This document shows, in pieces, positions 1 to 5,977 of a stretch of 8,000 nucleotides of DNA. Position 1 is the first letter of the stretch; the number at the start of each line of letters is the position of its first letter. The stretch covers positions 1-8,000 of the IMG/VR virus record IMGVR_UViG_3300008807_000528. One strand, written 5' to 3'. The stretch is from a virus. The position numbers were made by a program, and so were the translations under genes. Below the pieces are notes generated by a model, which was not told where the DNA came from, did not search any database, and was given only the letters and a program-made list of their open reading frames with translations.

Positions 1-99
1 GTAACTGGGATCGATGGCCGCGAACATCTGGACCTGCAGGGGCAAGTTCGTGATGACCTTGCGGCCTTTTTTGAGCGCATCGAGCACGTGATACACGAC
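1..99. repeat. Terminal redundancy, copy 1 (identical to 7902-8000)
   Basis: Direct base-by-base comparison shows 99/99 identity at an offset of 7,901 nt. Confidence 0.97.
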
Positions 100-150
100 C
101 GCTTCATAACTCTTGCCAGAGCCGGGGATTCCTTCCAGTCCGTTGATCAT
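1..150 (-). CDS. Zot/pI-like assembly ATPase, N-terminal 50 codons (partial; this is the wrap-around continuation of 6675-8000)
   Basis: ATG at 150-148 overlaps the upstream TGA (149-147) as ATGA. The translation is MINGLEGIPGSGKSYEAVVYHVLDALKKGRKVITN..., with Walker A GIPGSGKS. It is in frame with the ORF that runs off the window at 8000. Confidence 0.85.
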   Translation of the reverse strand, partial: MINGLEGIPGSGKSYEAVVYHVLDALKKGRKVITNLPLQVQMFAAIDPSY

Positions 151-485
151 GATCCCAACCTTGTGAAGGGGATGAGCTGAAGCACAAGCCGGATACCGAT
201 GGCGGTCACGATGATCACAGACGCTTCACCGACGCCGAGCAGGCCAAGCACGTTGATCAACTCTGCAGGCAAGGTGCCCCAGGTGTTGGCGTAGGCGTTG
301 ATGCCGCTCAGATCGATGGCAGAGATTGCAGCAACGGCAATGTCCATGACCTGTTCGAAGGGCCAGCAGAAGGCATCGCGGATGAAGTCCCATGCGGCTT
401 GGAAAACGGCCACCATGAGTTGGCCGAACCACTGGGCCAGGGCGACGAACTTGCCGAGGATGGCGCTGATGAAATCACCGAGCAT
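147..485 (-). CDS. pVI-like hydrophobic minor virion/membrane protein (112 aa)
   Basis: The ORF sits between the pIII-like and pI-like genes, as gene VI does in Ff phages. It is very hydrophobic, with several putative TM segments. One nt separates it from the upstream stop, and its stop overlaps the Zot start as ATGA. Confidence 0.6.
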   Translation of the reverse strand: MLGDFISAILGKFVALAQWFGQLMVAVFQAAWDFIRDAFCWPFEQVMDIAVAAISAIDLSGINAYANTWGTLPAELINVLGLLGVGEASVIIVTAIGIRLVLQLIPFTRLGS

Positions 486-486
486 G

Positions 487-1929
487 TCAGCCCCCGAAAA
501 TCATGCGGCGCGCGGCCATGAGCGCGGTAATGATCAGGATGGCCTTTGCAACGTCCCACACCCAGCATGGCGGGGCGATTTCGTGCGTGCCAAGGTCTGC
601 CCAGGCGGGGCCTAGCGACAGGTCAAGCGTCCACGATGGACAAGTGCCGGAGGTCAGGTGCGTTGGCATCATCTGGCCGAGCGACGTCACCATGCTTGTC
701 TGCGCAATAGCGGCGGTTTTGGTCTGCCAAATGCCTACAAGCCCATCCGGATACTTGCGCGTATATAGCTCCGGAATGGGGGGCATGCTGGGGTCGGTGA
801 TGGTGCCCACGGGCTGGCACATGGCAGCATTTGGGTTATGGGCGCACACATCGGGCGTGGAAGGGGTTGCAGTGCCAGGAATGGGCGTGCTGGGGTTCGT
901 TGGCGTGGCCGGGTTGCCGGTGGTCACGGATGTACTGGTGATCGTGACGCCGTAGGGGTTGGCGGCATCATTTGTGGGGGTGATGGTCCACGTAGGTTGT
1001 GTGTACTGCTGGGGCGACGTGTTGGGGACTGGCACCGCCTCGCCAGTCACGGTAAGCGGACGGCTTGGCAGCGTTGGCGCGGGGTTGCTCACACCGATTG
1101 GCAAGTCCTGGGAGCCGGTCTGATCTGGCGGATTGATCGCCGGCACTGGATCAACAGGTATGGGCTTGCCCATCTGCTCAAGCAGCTTTGGATTGACCGG
1201 GATGGAAGCGAGTTGCTGAGCGAGTTGCTCCCACTGGTCAGCAGTGGGCTTGCTAGGTGGCGTACCAGCAAGCGGAATGGCACCATTAGCATCGAGGCAC
1301 CAGCCGGTGACCAAGCTGCCAATTGAGTTGTGCAAGGAGTAGTAGGTGCGGTTGTTATTGCAGCTACTGGCATTTGGAGTGGCGCGGGCGGTGCACCCGT
1401 TGGTACCGCAGGCACCAGGGAGCCAGTCGTTGTACATGGCCTTTGCCTGCGCAACCGTTTCGCCTGTGGAGAGCTTTGTAGCGTTCTCGTCAAAGCCATT
1501 TCCAGCGATGGCCTTGCGCTCAATGGTGTCCGTTGCAGGGTTGTATTCAAAGTCGGTGGCTTTGCCCTGCGCGTGGGCAGCATCGAGCCACTCTTTTGCA
1601 TAGTAGCCAGCGGTACCGAGAGCGAGGCCGCCGAGCACCAACGGCGCAATCGTGGCAGTGGCAGTGGCAGCGACTGCAGCGCCTGCAGCAACGCGCCATC
1701 CAACATTGATAGCGACAGCGCCGCCAAACTCGGCAATGTACACAGACGCAGTGCCGAGAACGTAGCCAGCGCGGGCTATGCCGGCAGCCACGCGAACACC
1801 ATTGACTGTCTGCACGGCCTGACCTGCAGCAGGGGTGAGAACAGCAGCGGTGGCGTACGCATAGTTGATGGACAGCAGGCCCAGTCCAAGGGCTGCAAGC
1901 GCGTTGCGCGCGATGGGTGCGACTCGCAT
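487..1929 (-). CDS. pIII-like adsorption / minor coat protein (480 aa from ATG 1929)
   Basis: It is the largest structural ORF and follows the coat gene. It has a signal-peptide-like N-terminus (MRVAPIARNALAALGLGLLSINYAYA), a long Pro/Thr-rich linker, Cys pairs, and a C-terminal membrane anchor (WDVAKAILIITALMAARRMIFGG). I prefer ATG 1929 because it overlaps the upstream small-ORF stop as TAATG. The 503-aa ORF-track start at 1998 lies inside that small ORF. Confidence 0.7.
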   Translation of the reverse strand: MRVAPIARNALAALGLGLLSINYAYATAAVLTPAAGQAVQTVNGVRVAAGIARAGYVLGTASVYIAEFGGAVAINVGWRVAAGAAVAATATATIAPLVLGGLALGTAGYYAKEWLDAAHAQGKATDFEYNPATDTIERKAIAGNGFDENATKLSTGETVAQAKAMYNDWLPGACGTNGCTARATPNASSCNNNRTYYSLHNSIGSLVTGWCLDANGAIPLAGTPPSKPTADQWEQLAQQLASIPVNPKLLEQMGKPIPVDPVPAINPPDQTGSQDLPIGVSNPAPTLPSRPLTVTGEAVPVPNTSPQQYTQPTWTITPTNDAANPYGVTITSTSVTTGNPATPTNPSTPIPGTATPSTPDVCAHNPNAAMCQPVGTITDPSMPPIPELYTRKYPDGLVGIWQTKTAAIAQTSMVTSLGQMMPTHLTSGTCPSWTLDLSLGPAWADLGTHEIAPPCWVWDVAKAILIITALMAARRMIFGG

Positions 1930-2027
1930 TAAATCCCCCTGAGTCCGAACAGAAATGAGACGGCGCCCAGGCCGCCAAGGAGGGCAACAATTGCCCAAAC
2001 GAGAGCGAGCTGAGCGCCGATGGCCAT
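1929..2027 (-). CDS. 32-aa hydrophobic peptide, possible pVII/pIX-like minor coat protein
   Basis: Hand translation gives MAIGAQLALVWAIVALLGGLGAVSFLFGLRGI. It starts 9 nt after the coat gene stop, and its TAA overlaps the pIII-like ATG. It consists of a single TM-like segment. It is too short for the ORF track. Confidence 0.45.
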   Translation of the reverse strand: MAIGAQLALVWAIVALLGGLGAVSFLFGLRGI

Positions 2028-2036
2028 GGCTGCGCC

Positions 2037-2270
2037 TTAGATCTTGCGGATCACGCGCTTGCCCAGGTCAGGACCCTTGAACACCAGGGCAATGCCGACG
2101 ATTGCCAGGGCGATGACGCCCAGGGCTGCAGAGATGCCGGTGATGTCGATGCTGTCCAGAACGTCCAGCAGGGGGTTGTCGCCGGCTGCAGCGTGGGCCG
2201 ATGCGGCCAGCATGCCGGTAGCGGCCACCAGGGCCAGATTGCGGGTCTTGTTGAATGCGGTCTTGAACAT
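2037..2270 (-). CDS. Major coat protein (pVIII-like, 77-aa precursor)
   Basis: A signal peptide ends in AHA (MFKTAFNKTRNLALVAATGMLAASAHA). The mature N-terminus is acidic (AAGDNPLLDVLDSID), followed by a hydrophobic helix and a basic C-terminus (KGPDLGKRVIRKI). A good RBS, AAGGAAAGAACC, precedes the ATG. Confidence 0.8.
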   Translation of the reverse strand: MFKTAFNKTRNLALVAATGMLAASAHAAAGDNPLLDVLDSIDITGISAALGVIALAIVGIALVFKGPDLGKRVIRKI

Positions 2271-2348
2271 GGTTCTTTCCTTTGAAGTTAAGGTTTCGGT
2301 GGCGAGGAATCGACACCGCGAAGCCCTTGCAGGCTTGACGCTGGCGAC

Positions 2349-2672
2349 TCAGATTTTTTTAACGATGCCCTTTGCGATGCCCGCAGCCCAACCGGCGAAG
2401 TACGCGCCGAAGACGAGCGCGGCGCCCATGCTTCCAACGAGAACGATGCTTTCGGGGGTGATGCCGAGTTGCTCAAGATCGAGCGTGAACTCAGGGGGCG
2501 TGTTGACCTCCTCGACGGTCATGAGGAGGTGCGTGCCAACGGGACAGGCGTACTGGTCGCCGGTCTTCATGGCTTCGCCAGTAACCCAAGGAAGCATGTA
2601 AGCCCCAGTAGGGTGGACAGCCAGCCCCGGGCCGCCAGGGGTTGAGAACGAAAGGACAATGCAGGTAGCCAT
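2349..2672 (-). CDS. 107-aa hypothetical protein with a C-terminal TM helix and a coat-like basic tail
   Basis: The ORF starts 3 nt after the upstream stop. Its C-terminus, IVLVGSMGAALVFGAYFAGWAAGIAKGIVKKI, resembles the coat protein's TM segment plus basic tail. Function is unknown. Confidence 0.6.
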   Translation of the reverse strand: MATCIVLSFSTPGGPGLAVHPTGAYMLPWVTGEAMKTGDQYACPVGTHLLMTVEEVNTPPEFTLDLEQLGITPESIVLVGSMGAALVFGAYFAGWAAGIAKGIVKKI

Positions 2673-2675
2673 TAC

Positions 2676-2807
2676 TCAGCCCTGCCAATCGTCAACGGGT
2701 GAGCGTTCGCCGCACTCTGGACACTCGGGGTGTGAGCTATCGTCCAGCTCATCGCAAGGCACAGAAGCGCCACAAACAGGGCAAGTGTTTTCGGGTTCAT
2801 CGCTCAT
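2676..2807 (-). CDS. 43-aa zinc-ribbon-like protein (CPxC...CPxC)
   Basis: Hand translation gives MSDEPENTCPVCGASVPCDELDDSSHPECPECGERSPVDDWQG. It exactly fills the gap between flanking genes: the ATG is 3 nt after the upstream TGA and the stop is 3 nt before the next ATG. It is not in the ORF track because of its length. Confidence 0.5.
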   Translation of the reverse strand: MSDEPENTCPVCGASVPCDELDDSSHPECPECGERSPVDDWQG

Positions 2808-2810
2808 GGC

Positions 2811-3005
2811 TCAGTGCAGTTCATCGAGGTTGACCACCAGAGGCCGGTGGAATGGTTCGGTGTGATCTTCGATCAGCTGGGCGCAGCTTTCGAGGTCTTC
2901 GACCACACCGGCTTCGCGTAGCAACATGACCCACTCCGGTTGCCCATCCTCAAAGGACGGGGCCAGGAACTGGCCTGTTGTGCCGGACTGGATCACGAAG
3001 CGCAT
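2811..3005 (-). CDS. 64-aa hypothetical acidic protein
   Basis: ATG at 3005-3003 overlaps the upstream TGA by 1 nt (TGATG). There are no hydrophobic segments and no family that I recognise. Confidence 0.55.
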   Translation of the reverse strand: MRFVIQSGTTGQFLAPSFEDGQPEWVMLLREAGVVEDLESCAQLIEDHTEPFHRPLVVNLDELH

Positions 3006-3328
3006 CACGCGGCCTTACGTTCGGGGGCAGCGGGCTTGATCGCCAGCAGGGTCACCTTGCTGGTGTTGTCGGCACCGGCCACGATGTCGAATTCGCAATC
3101 GCAGACGACGCCCGTGACGGGCCAAGACGCCTTGAGGTGCGCCCACTTGTCGAACTCGGCAGAGGTGCCGCACTTGAAGGGGCGGGTGACGACGCCGATG
3201 CTCTGGCCGTTGCTGGACTCGCCCAGGTCCACCGACAGGTGGAACGTGGTGGAGTCGTAGCCACGGCCTTCCATTTCGCCTTTGCTGGACTTGATACCGT
3301 GCAGCACGGCCTTGTTTTGAAATCGCAT
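3005..3328 (-). CDS. Putative ssDNA-binding protein (gene V / RstB position), 107 aa
   Basis: It lies immediately downstream of rep, has a typical size, is soluble, and is preceded by the RBS AAGGAAACACACC. The call rests on position and size only. Confidence 0.55.
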   Translation of the reverse strand: MRFQNKAVLHGIKSSKGEMEGRGYDSTTFHLSVDLGESSNGQSIGVVTRPFKCGTSAEFDKWAHLKASWPVTGVVCDCEFDIVAGADNTSKVTLLAIKPAAPERKAA

Positions 3329-3349
3329 GGTGTGTTTCCTTTTGCGGCC

Positions 3350-4570
3350 TTAGATGGGCTGGAGTCCGACACGGCCATAGCCGGAGCCCGTTGAACGTTT
3401 GAAGGCGCCTTGGTACGCGCGCTGGATTTCGTTGGTGGTGAACTTCTGCAAGCGGCCCGGGGCCTTCTGGTTGCTCACCAGTTCGATGAACTCATCGGCA
3501 CCGAGGAACTGGAAGGCGAGGGCGAGAGAAGGGGCGGCGGTATCGCGAAGCCACTGCACGTTTCGCTTGACTTCGGCGAGGATGGTTTCGACGGAGAGGC
3601 GTGGCTTTGTGGGCACAGGTTCGGGCACAAAAGAGCCTTCCGCCTCGCGAAGGATGGAGGCATGCCAGTCGCTGGCACCGGCAAAGAAATCGGCAGGGCG
3701 GCGGAGCATGTCGGCACCGAGGACGCGCAGCTTGTTGCCGTAACGAAGCTCAGCGCGGAGCCATTGGCTTTCATCCTTCGGGCCGAACAGCTGGATGCCT
3801 TTTTCGTACACGTTGGTTTGCTTGCCGGCTTCCTTCGATCCGAAGTAGAAGGACCGGCCCTTGCCGCCCCGAGCGTTGCACCAGTCACCGACCTGATTAC
3901 AGCTTGGGCGGTTGCTGTGGTGGTCCATCAGCCCGGCCTTGTAGTCCTCGACAACGCGCTCCATTCCGCCTCGCATGCCGTCGAAGAAATCGAGCGCCAG
4001 ATCCACGCGGGTAAGCTTGGCATCGGTGCGCTCGACGATGGCGGCAAGGCGGTCGTTAAAGCCGTGGTGTGCGAAGGTGCACGCGGTGCCGTAGAGGTTG
4101 CAGTGAATGGTGTTGGCCTGCGCCTGTTGGCGTGGGCTTTCACCGCTGGAAAGGAAGCCCACCCAACCGCATTCCACATCGTTGCGCACGATGGACCAGC
4201 GGAAGCGATAGAAGTCATGGCCCTTGCGCAGTTCGGGATAGACGCTGAAATCGGGGCCGAGAGCTGCGCATGCCTGTTCGGCGAGGGTCTTGGCTTGGGC
4301 CGAGGCTGAGAACTCGCCATCGGGCATGTCCCGGAGCAGCTTGGCGAGACGGGCATAGCGGTCCAGGTGCATGGCTTCATCGGACCACCGGGCACCATCG
4401 TGCAAGGGGAACAGATCATCGACCGTTGGCACTGGCGCGTTGCGCAGTGCGACGGAGAAGCGAACCCAGTCGATATGCACCAGGGTGTTGGACTTAAGGC
4501 GTTCGGCCTTGAGGCGCAATTTCACCTCGCTGCCATCGAGCACCAAGTCCGATTGCTTTGCACGGGTCAT
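3350..4570 (-). CDS. Rolling-circle replication initiator, Rep_trans-type (RstA / pT181 RepC-like), 406 aa
   Basis: Motifs read by eye are LTRVDLALDFFDG, SFYFGSKEAGKQTNVYEKG and WLRAELRYGNK. They match the R.D.a.D / Y.Gs....r.YeK / R.E.r pattern I associate with replication initiation factor (Rep_trans) proteins of filamentous phages and RCR plasmids. The start overlaps the upstream stop as ATGA. Confidence 0.85.
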   Translation of the reverse strand: MTRAKQSDLVLDGSEVKLRLKAERLKSNTLVHIDWVRFSVALRNAPVPTVDDLFPLHDGARWSDEAMHLDRYARLAKLLRDMPDGEFSASAQAKTLAEQACAALGPDFSVYPELRKGHDFYRFRWSIVRNDVECGWVGFLSSGESPRQQAQANTIHCNLYGTACTFAHHGFNDRLAAIVERTDAKLTRVDLALDFFDGMRGGMERVVEDYKAGLMDHHSNRPSCNQVGDWCNARGGKGRSFYFGSKEAGKQTNVYEKGIQLFGPKDESQWLRAELRYGNKLRVLGADMLRRPADFFAGASDWHASILREAEGSFVPEPVPTKPRLSVETILAEVKRNVQWLRDTAAPSLALAFQFLGADEFIELVSNQKAPGRLQKFTTNEIQRAYQGAFKRSTGSGYGRVGLQPI

Positions 4571-5400
4571 GCTTGCTCCAAGGACAGGGTCTCCCCGTGA
4601 TTACCATCGGGGAGCATCGACAGCCGCGCTTCGCGCCCGGCCACTTCCCCGCGAGGCGGGGCCCCTTCTGCCGGGCGCTGCGCTTCCAGTGCCCATTGCT
4701 TGAACGCTGCACGCTTTGAGGCCGCGCGTTTGGGCGCAGCCAGGTCGGTGTAACTGCGGTCCTGGCCAGCTGTAACAGCGAGCCGGCGCACTTGGCACTT
4801 GGCGGCCAGGGCAACGAGGAAGCGAGCGAAGGCCGGCGGCGTGGCCTCGCGTTCGGCAGGGGACAGCTTCATGGTGCGGCCCGCAGCTCGGTGTAACTGG
4901 ACTGGCAGTTCGCCGAGGTCTTCGCGGCTGCAGCCGACGATGTAGAGGTATGTAGGCTTGGGTGCAGGATGGCCCCACCAGCCCTGATCGACCAGCAGGG
5001 TCCAGCCGCCGAAGGCATCGACCTTGCCGGGGTGTGGCAGGTCGGCGGCATGCCACAGGGTGCTGCCCCATGGGTGTTCCAGCACACCGCCAACGCGGCG
5101 GATCTGTTCGACAGCGAACAGGGCCAGGGCCTTTTCGTCGGGGCGTGGTTTTGCGAAGTGGCGCAGGCGGCCCCAGCCACGGCAGGGCGGATGGCACACG
5201 ACTGGATTGCTGCCGGTGTAGCCGCGTGCATCGCGCTTGGCGTCCCACACGTCATCCACCAGGTCGAAGTAACAGGAATCGGAGCGGGCGAAGAGGACGG
5301 ACACCGCAGTTCGCTGTAACAGCGGACCAGGGCGCTGAGGCCATGTGAGCCATGCGCCGGACTGGCCTTCGATTGCTGGGGGTGTGACGCTGGAGAGCAT
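4567..5400 (-). CDS. 277-aa protein of unknown function; first gene of the replication operon, with a PPC-containing motif series
   Basis: It is a long ORF in the operon orientation, and its stop is coupled to the rep ATG as ATGA. Motifs are VLFARSDS, VVCHPPCRGWGRL, VLEHPWGS and DQGWWGHPAPKPTYLYIVG. No strong RBS precedes ATG 5400, so the exact start is uncertain. Confidence 0.7.
   Translation of the reverse strand: MLSSVTPPAIEGQSGAWLTWPQRPGPLLQRTAVSVLFARSDSCYFDLVDDVWDAKRDARGYTGSNPVVCHPPCRGWGRLRHFAKPRPDEKALALFAVEQIRRVGGVLEHPWGSTLWHAADLPHPGKVDAFGGWTLLVDQGWWGHPAPKPTYLYIVGCSREDLGELPVQLHRAAGRTMKLSPAEREATPPAFARFLVALAAKCQVRRLAVTAGQDRSYTDLAAPKRAASKRAAFKQWALEAQRPAEGAPPRGEVAGREARLSMLPDGNHGETLSLEQA
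4748..4778 (+). repeat. Bipartite site GTGTAACTG-N13-CTGTAACAG (copy A, inside the 277-aa CDS)
   Basis: GTGTAACTG is at 4748-4756 and CTGTAACAG at 4770-4778. The same two 9-mers with the same 13-nt spacing recur at 6537-6567. Confidence 0.85.
4891..4899 (+). repeat. GTGTAACTG motif copy
   Basis: Exact 9-mer in the same orientation as the other copies. Confidence 0.8.
5314..5322 (+). repeat. CTGTAACAG motif copy (within GCTGTAACAGC); a partial copy AGTAACAG lies at 5268-5275
   Basis: Exact 9-mer. The 11-nt odd palindrome GCTGT-A-ACAGC also occurs at 4769-4779 and 6558-6568. Confidence 0.8.
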
Positions 5401-5517
5401 GCGGTGTACAGTCCGGTTACGTAGCCAAAACTTGTACGTAGTGACTTCTTACTACGTTGGGCCGCATAGTAGTGGAAATTCACTACGTCCTGAAACCGCT
5501 CGAAACAGGAGCTTTCG
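5401..5517. promoter_or_regulatory. Divergent control region with repeated ACGTAGTG / CACTACGT operator-like half-sites
   Basis: This is a 117-nt gap between the divergently transcribed 277-aa gene and the repressor-like gene. One inverted repeat is ACGTAGT-N8-ACTACGT (5436-5457) and another is GTAGTG-N6-CACTAC (5469-5486). An extra TACGTAG sits at 5418-5424. The RBS AGGAG (5507-5511) precedes ATG 5518. A possible plus-strand promoter is GTGACT (5441-5446) with CATAGT (5465-5470) at 18-nt spacing. Confidence 0.6.
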
Positions 5518-5952
5518 ATGAACCACCTTGAAGAACTGAACGCCCTTATTGACAAGGCCGCAGAAAAGGCAGGCAGCGATTACAAGCTCGCTGCAATGCT
5601 TGGAATGCAGCGTCAAAAGATCAGCAACATGCGGCACGGTCGCATGACGGCAACGCCAGAGGATCAGGCGCTATTCGCCTCTGTTGCTGGATTGAATGCT
5701 ATTGAAGTGCTAGCACGCGCAATGGTGCAGAAGCACGAAGGAACCCCAAAAGGCGACAGGTTGATGCGTGCCCTGGGAAAGGGTTTGCTAGCGACTGGCG
5801 CGGCAGTCGCTACCGCTGGAGCAAACGCAGCGGCGATCTTTTCATCGATCCACCCGGCTAAAACCGTTGTTGACTTGATACGATGTATAAAATTGTTAAA
5901 TCCGTTTGGACTTGTCAATAGTGAAATAATATCGAAAAAGGCCCCTGTCTAG
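5518..5952 (+). CDS. HTH (Cro/CI-type) repressor-like regulator, 144 aa
   Basis: It is the only plus-strand gene and is divergent from the replication operon, as rstR is in CTX-type phages. An HTH-like segment reads DYKLAAMLGMQRQKISNMRHGR. It has a good RBS. The C-terminal part contains an Ala/Gly-rich hydrophobic stretch, and the last ~25 codons fall in an AT-rich island. Confidence 0.75.
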   Translation: MNHLEELNALIDKAAEKAGSDYKLAAMLGMQRQKISNMRHGRMTATPEDQALFASVAGLNAIEVLARAMVQKHEGTPKGDRLMRALGKGLLATGAAVATAGANAAAIFSSIHPAKTVVDLIRCIKLLNPFGLVNSEIISKKAPV

Positions 5953-5963
5953 GGGCCTTTTTT
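5935..5963. terminator. Bidirectional rho-independent terminator T1 (AGGCCCCT-GTCT-AGGGGCCT flanked by A5 and T6)
   Basis: An 8-bp GC-rich stem (5939-5946 with 5951-5958) and a 4-nt loop are followed by a T-run on the plus strand and preceded by an A-run. It lies between the convergent repressor gene (its stop, 5950-5952, is inside the hairpin) and the 80-aa ORF. Confidence 0.75.
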
Positions 5964-5977
5964 CATACAGAGCCGTT

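Noticed and set aside
1930-1998. An N-terminal extension of the pIII-like ORF (MGNCCPPWRPGRRLISVRTQGDL...).
   Set aside because: It overlaps the 32-aa hydrophobic ORF in another frame. The ATG at 1929 gives a canonical signal peptide and a TAATG stop/start junction.
3410-4309. A 299-aa plus-strand ORF antisense to rep. Similar long ORFs exist in other frames or strands, for example 838-1326, 1330-1932, 2044-2601, 4601-5248, 4869-5555 and 6371-6895.
   Set aside because: They are typical shadow ORFs of GC-rich DNA. Their composition is Arg/Ala/Gly/Pro-rich and low in complexity. They have no RBS or coupling, and they overlap ORFs that carry recognisable motifs and operon logic.
3350-4570. A possible internal in-frame restart within rep, producing a gene X-like product as in Ff phages.
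   Set aside because: Several internal Met codons exist, but I could not identify one with a convincing RBS by eye. The sequence alone gives no support.
4770-4778. CTGTAACAG carries CTGT/ACAG halves reminiscent of a LexA SOS box.
   Set aside because: SOS boxes of the CTGT-N8-ACAG type need an 8-nt spacer, and here the halves are separated by 1 nt. None of the copies lies in a promoter region.
5913-5925. TCAATAGTGAAA resembles the Ff gene II nick region TTAATAGTGGAC (shared AATAGTG).
   Set aside because: It is a 7-nt match in AT-rich sequence. It lies on the plus strand, opposite to the presumed virion-sense strand. The Rep here belongs to a different family (Rep_trans) from Ff gpII.
5866-5925. 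Promoter-like hexamers in the AT-rich island: TTGACT at 5870, TATAAA at 5886, and TTGACA on the minus strand at 5913-5918.
   Set aside because: The -35/-10 spacings are 10 or 20 nt on the plus strand, with no good -10 at 17 nt on the minus strand. A plus-strand promoter here would fire straight into terminator T1. The hexamers are probably a by-product of AT richness.
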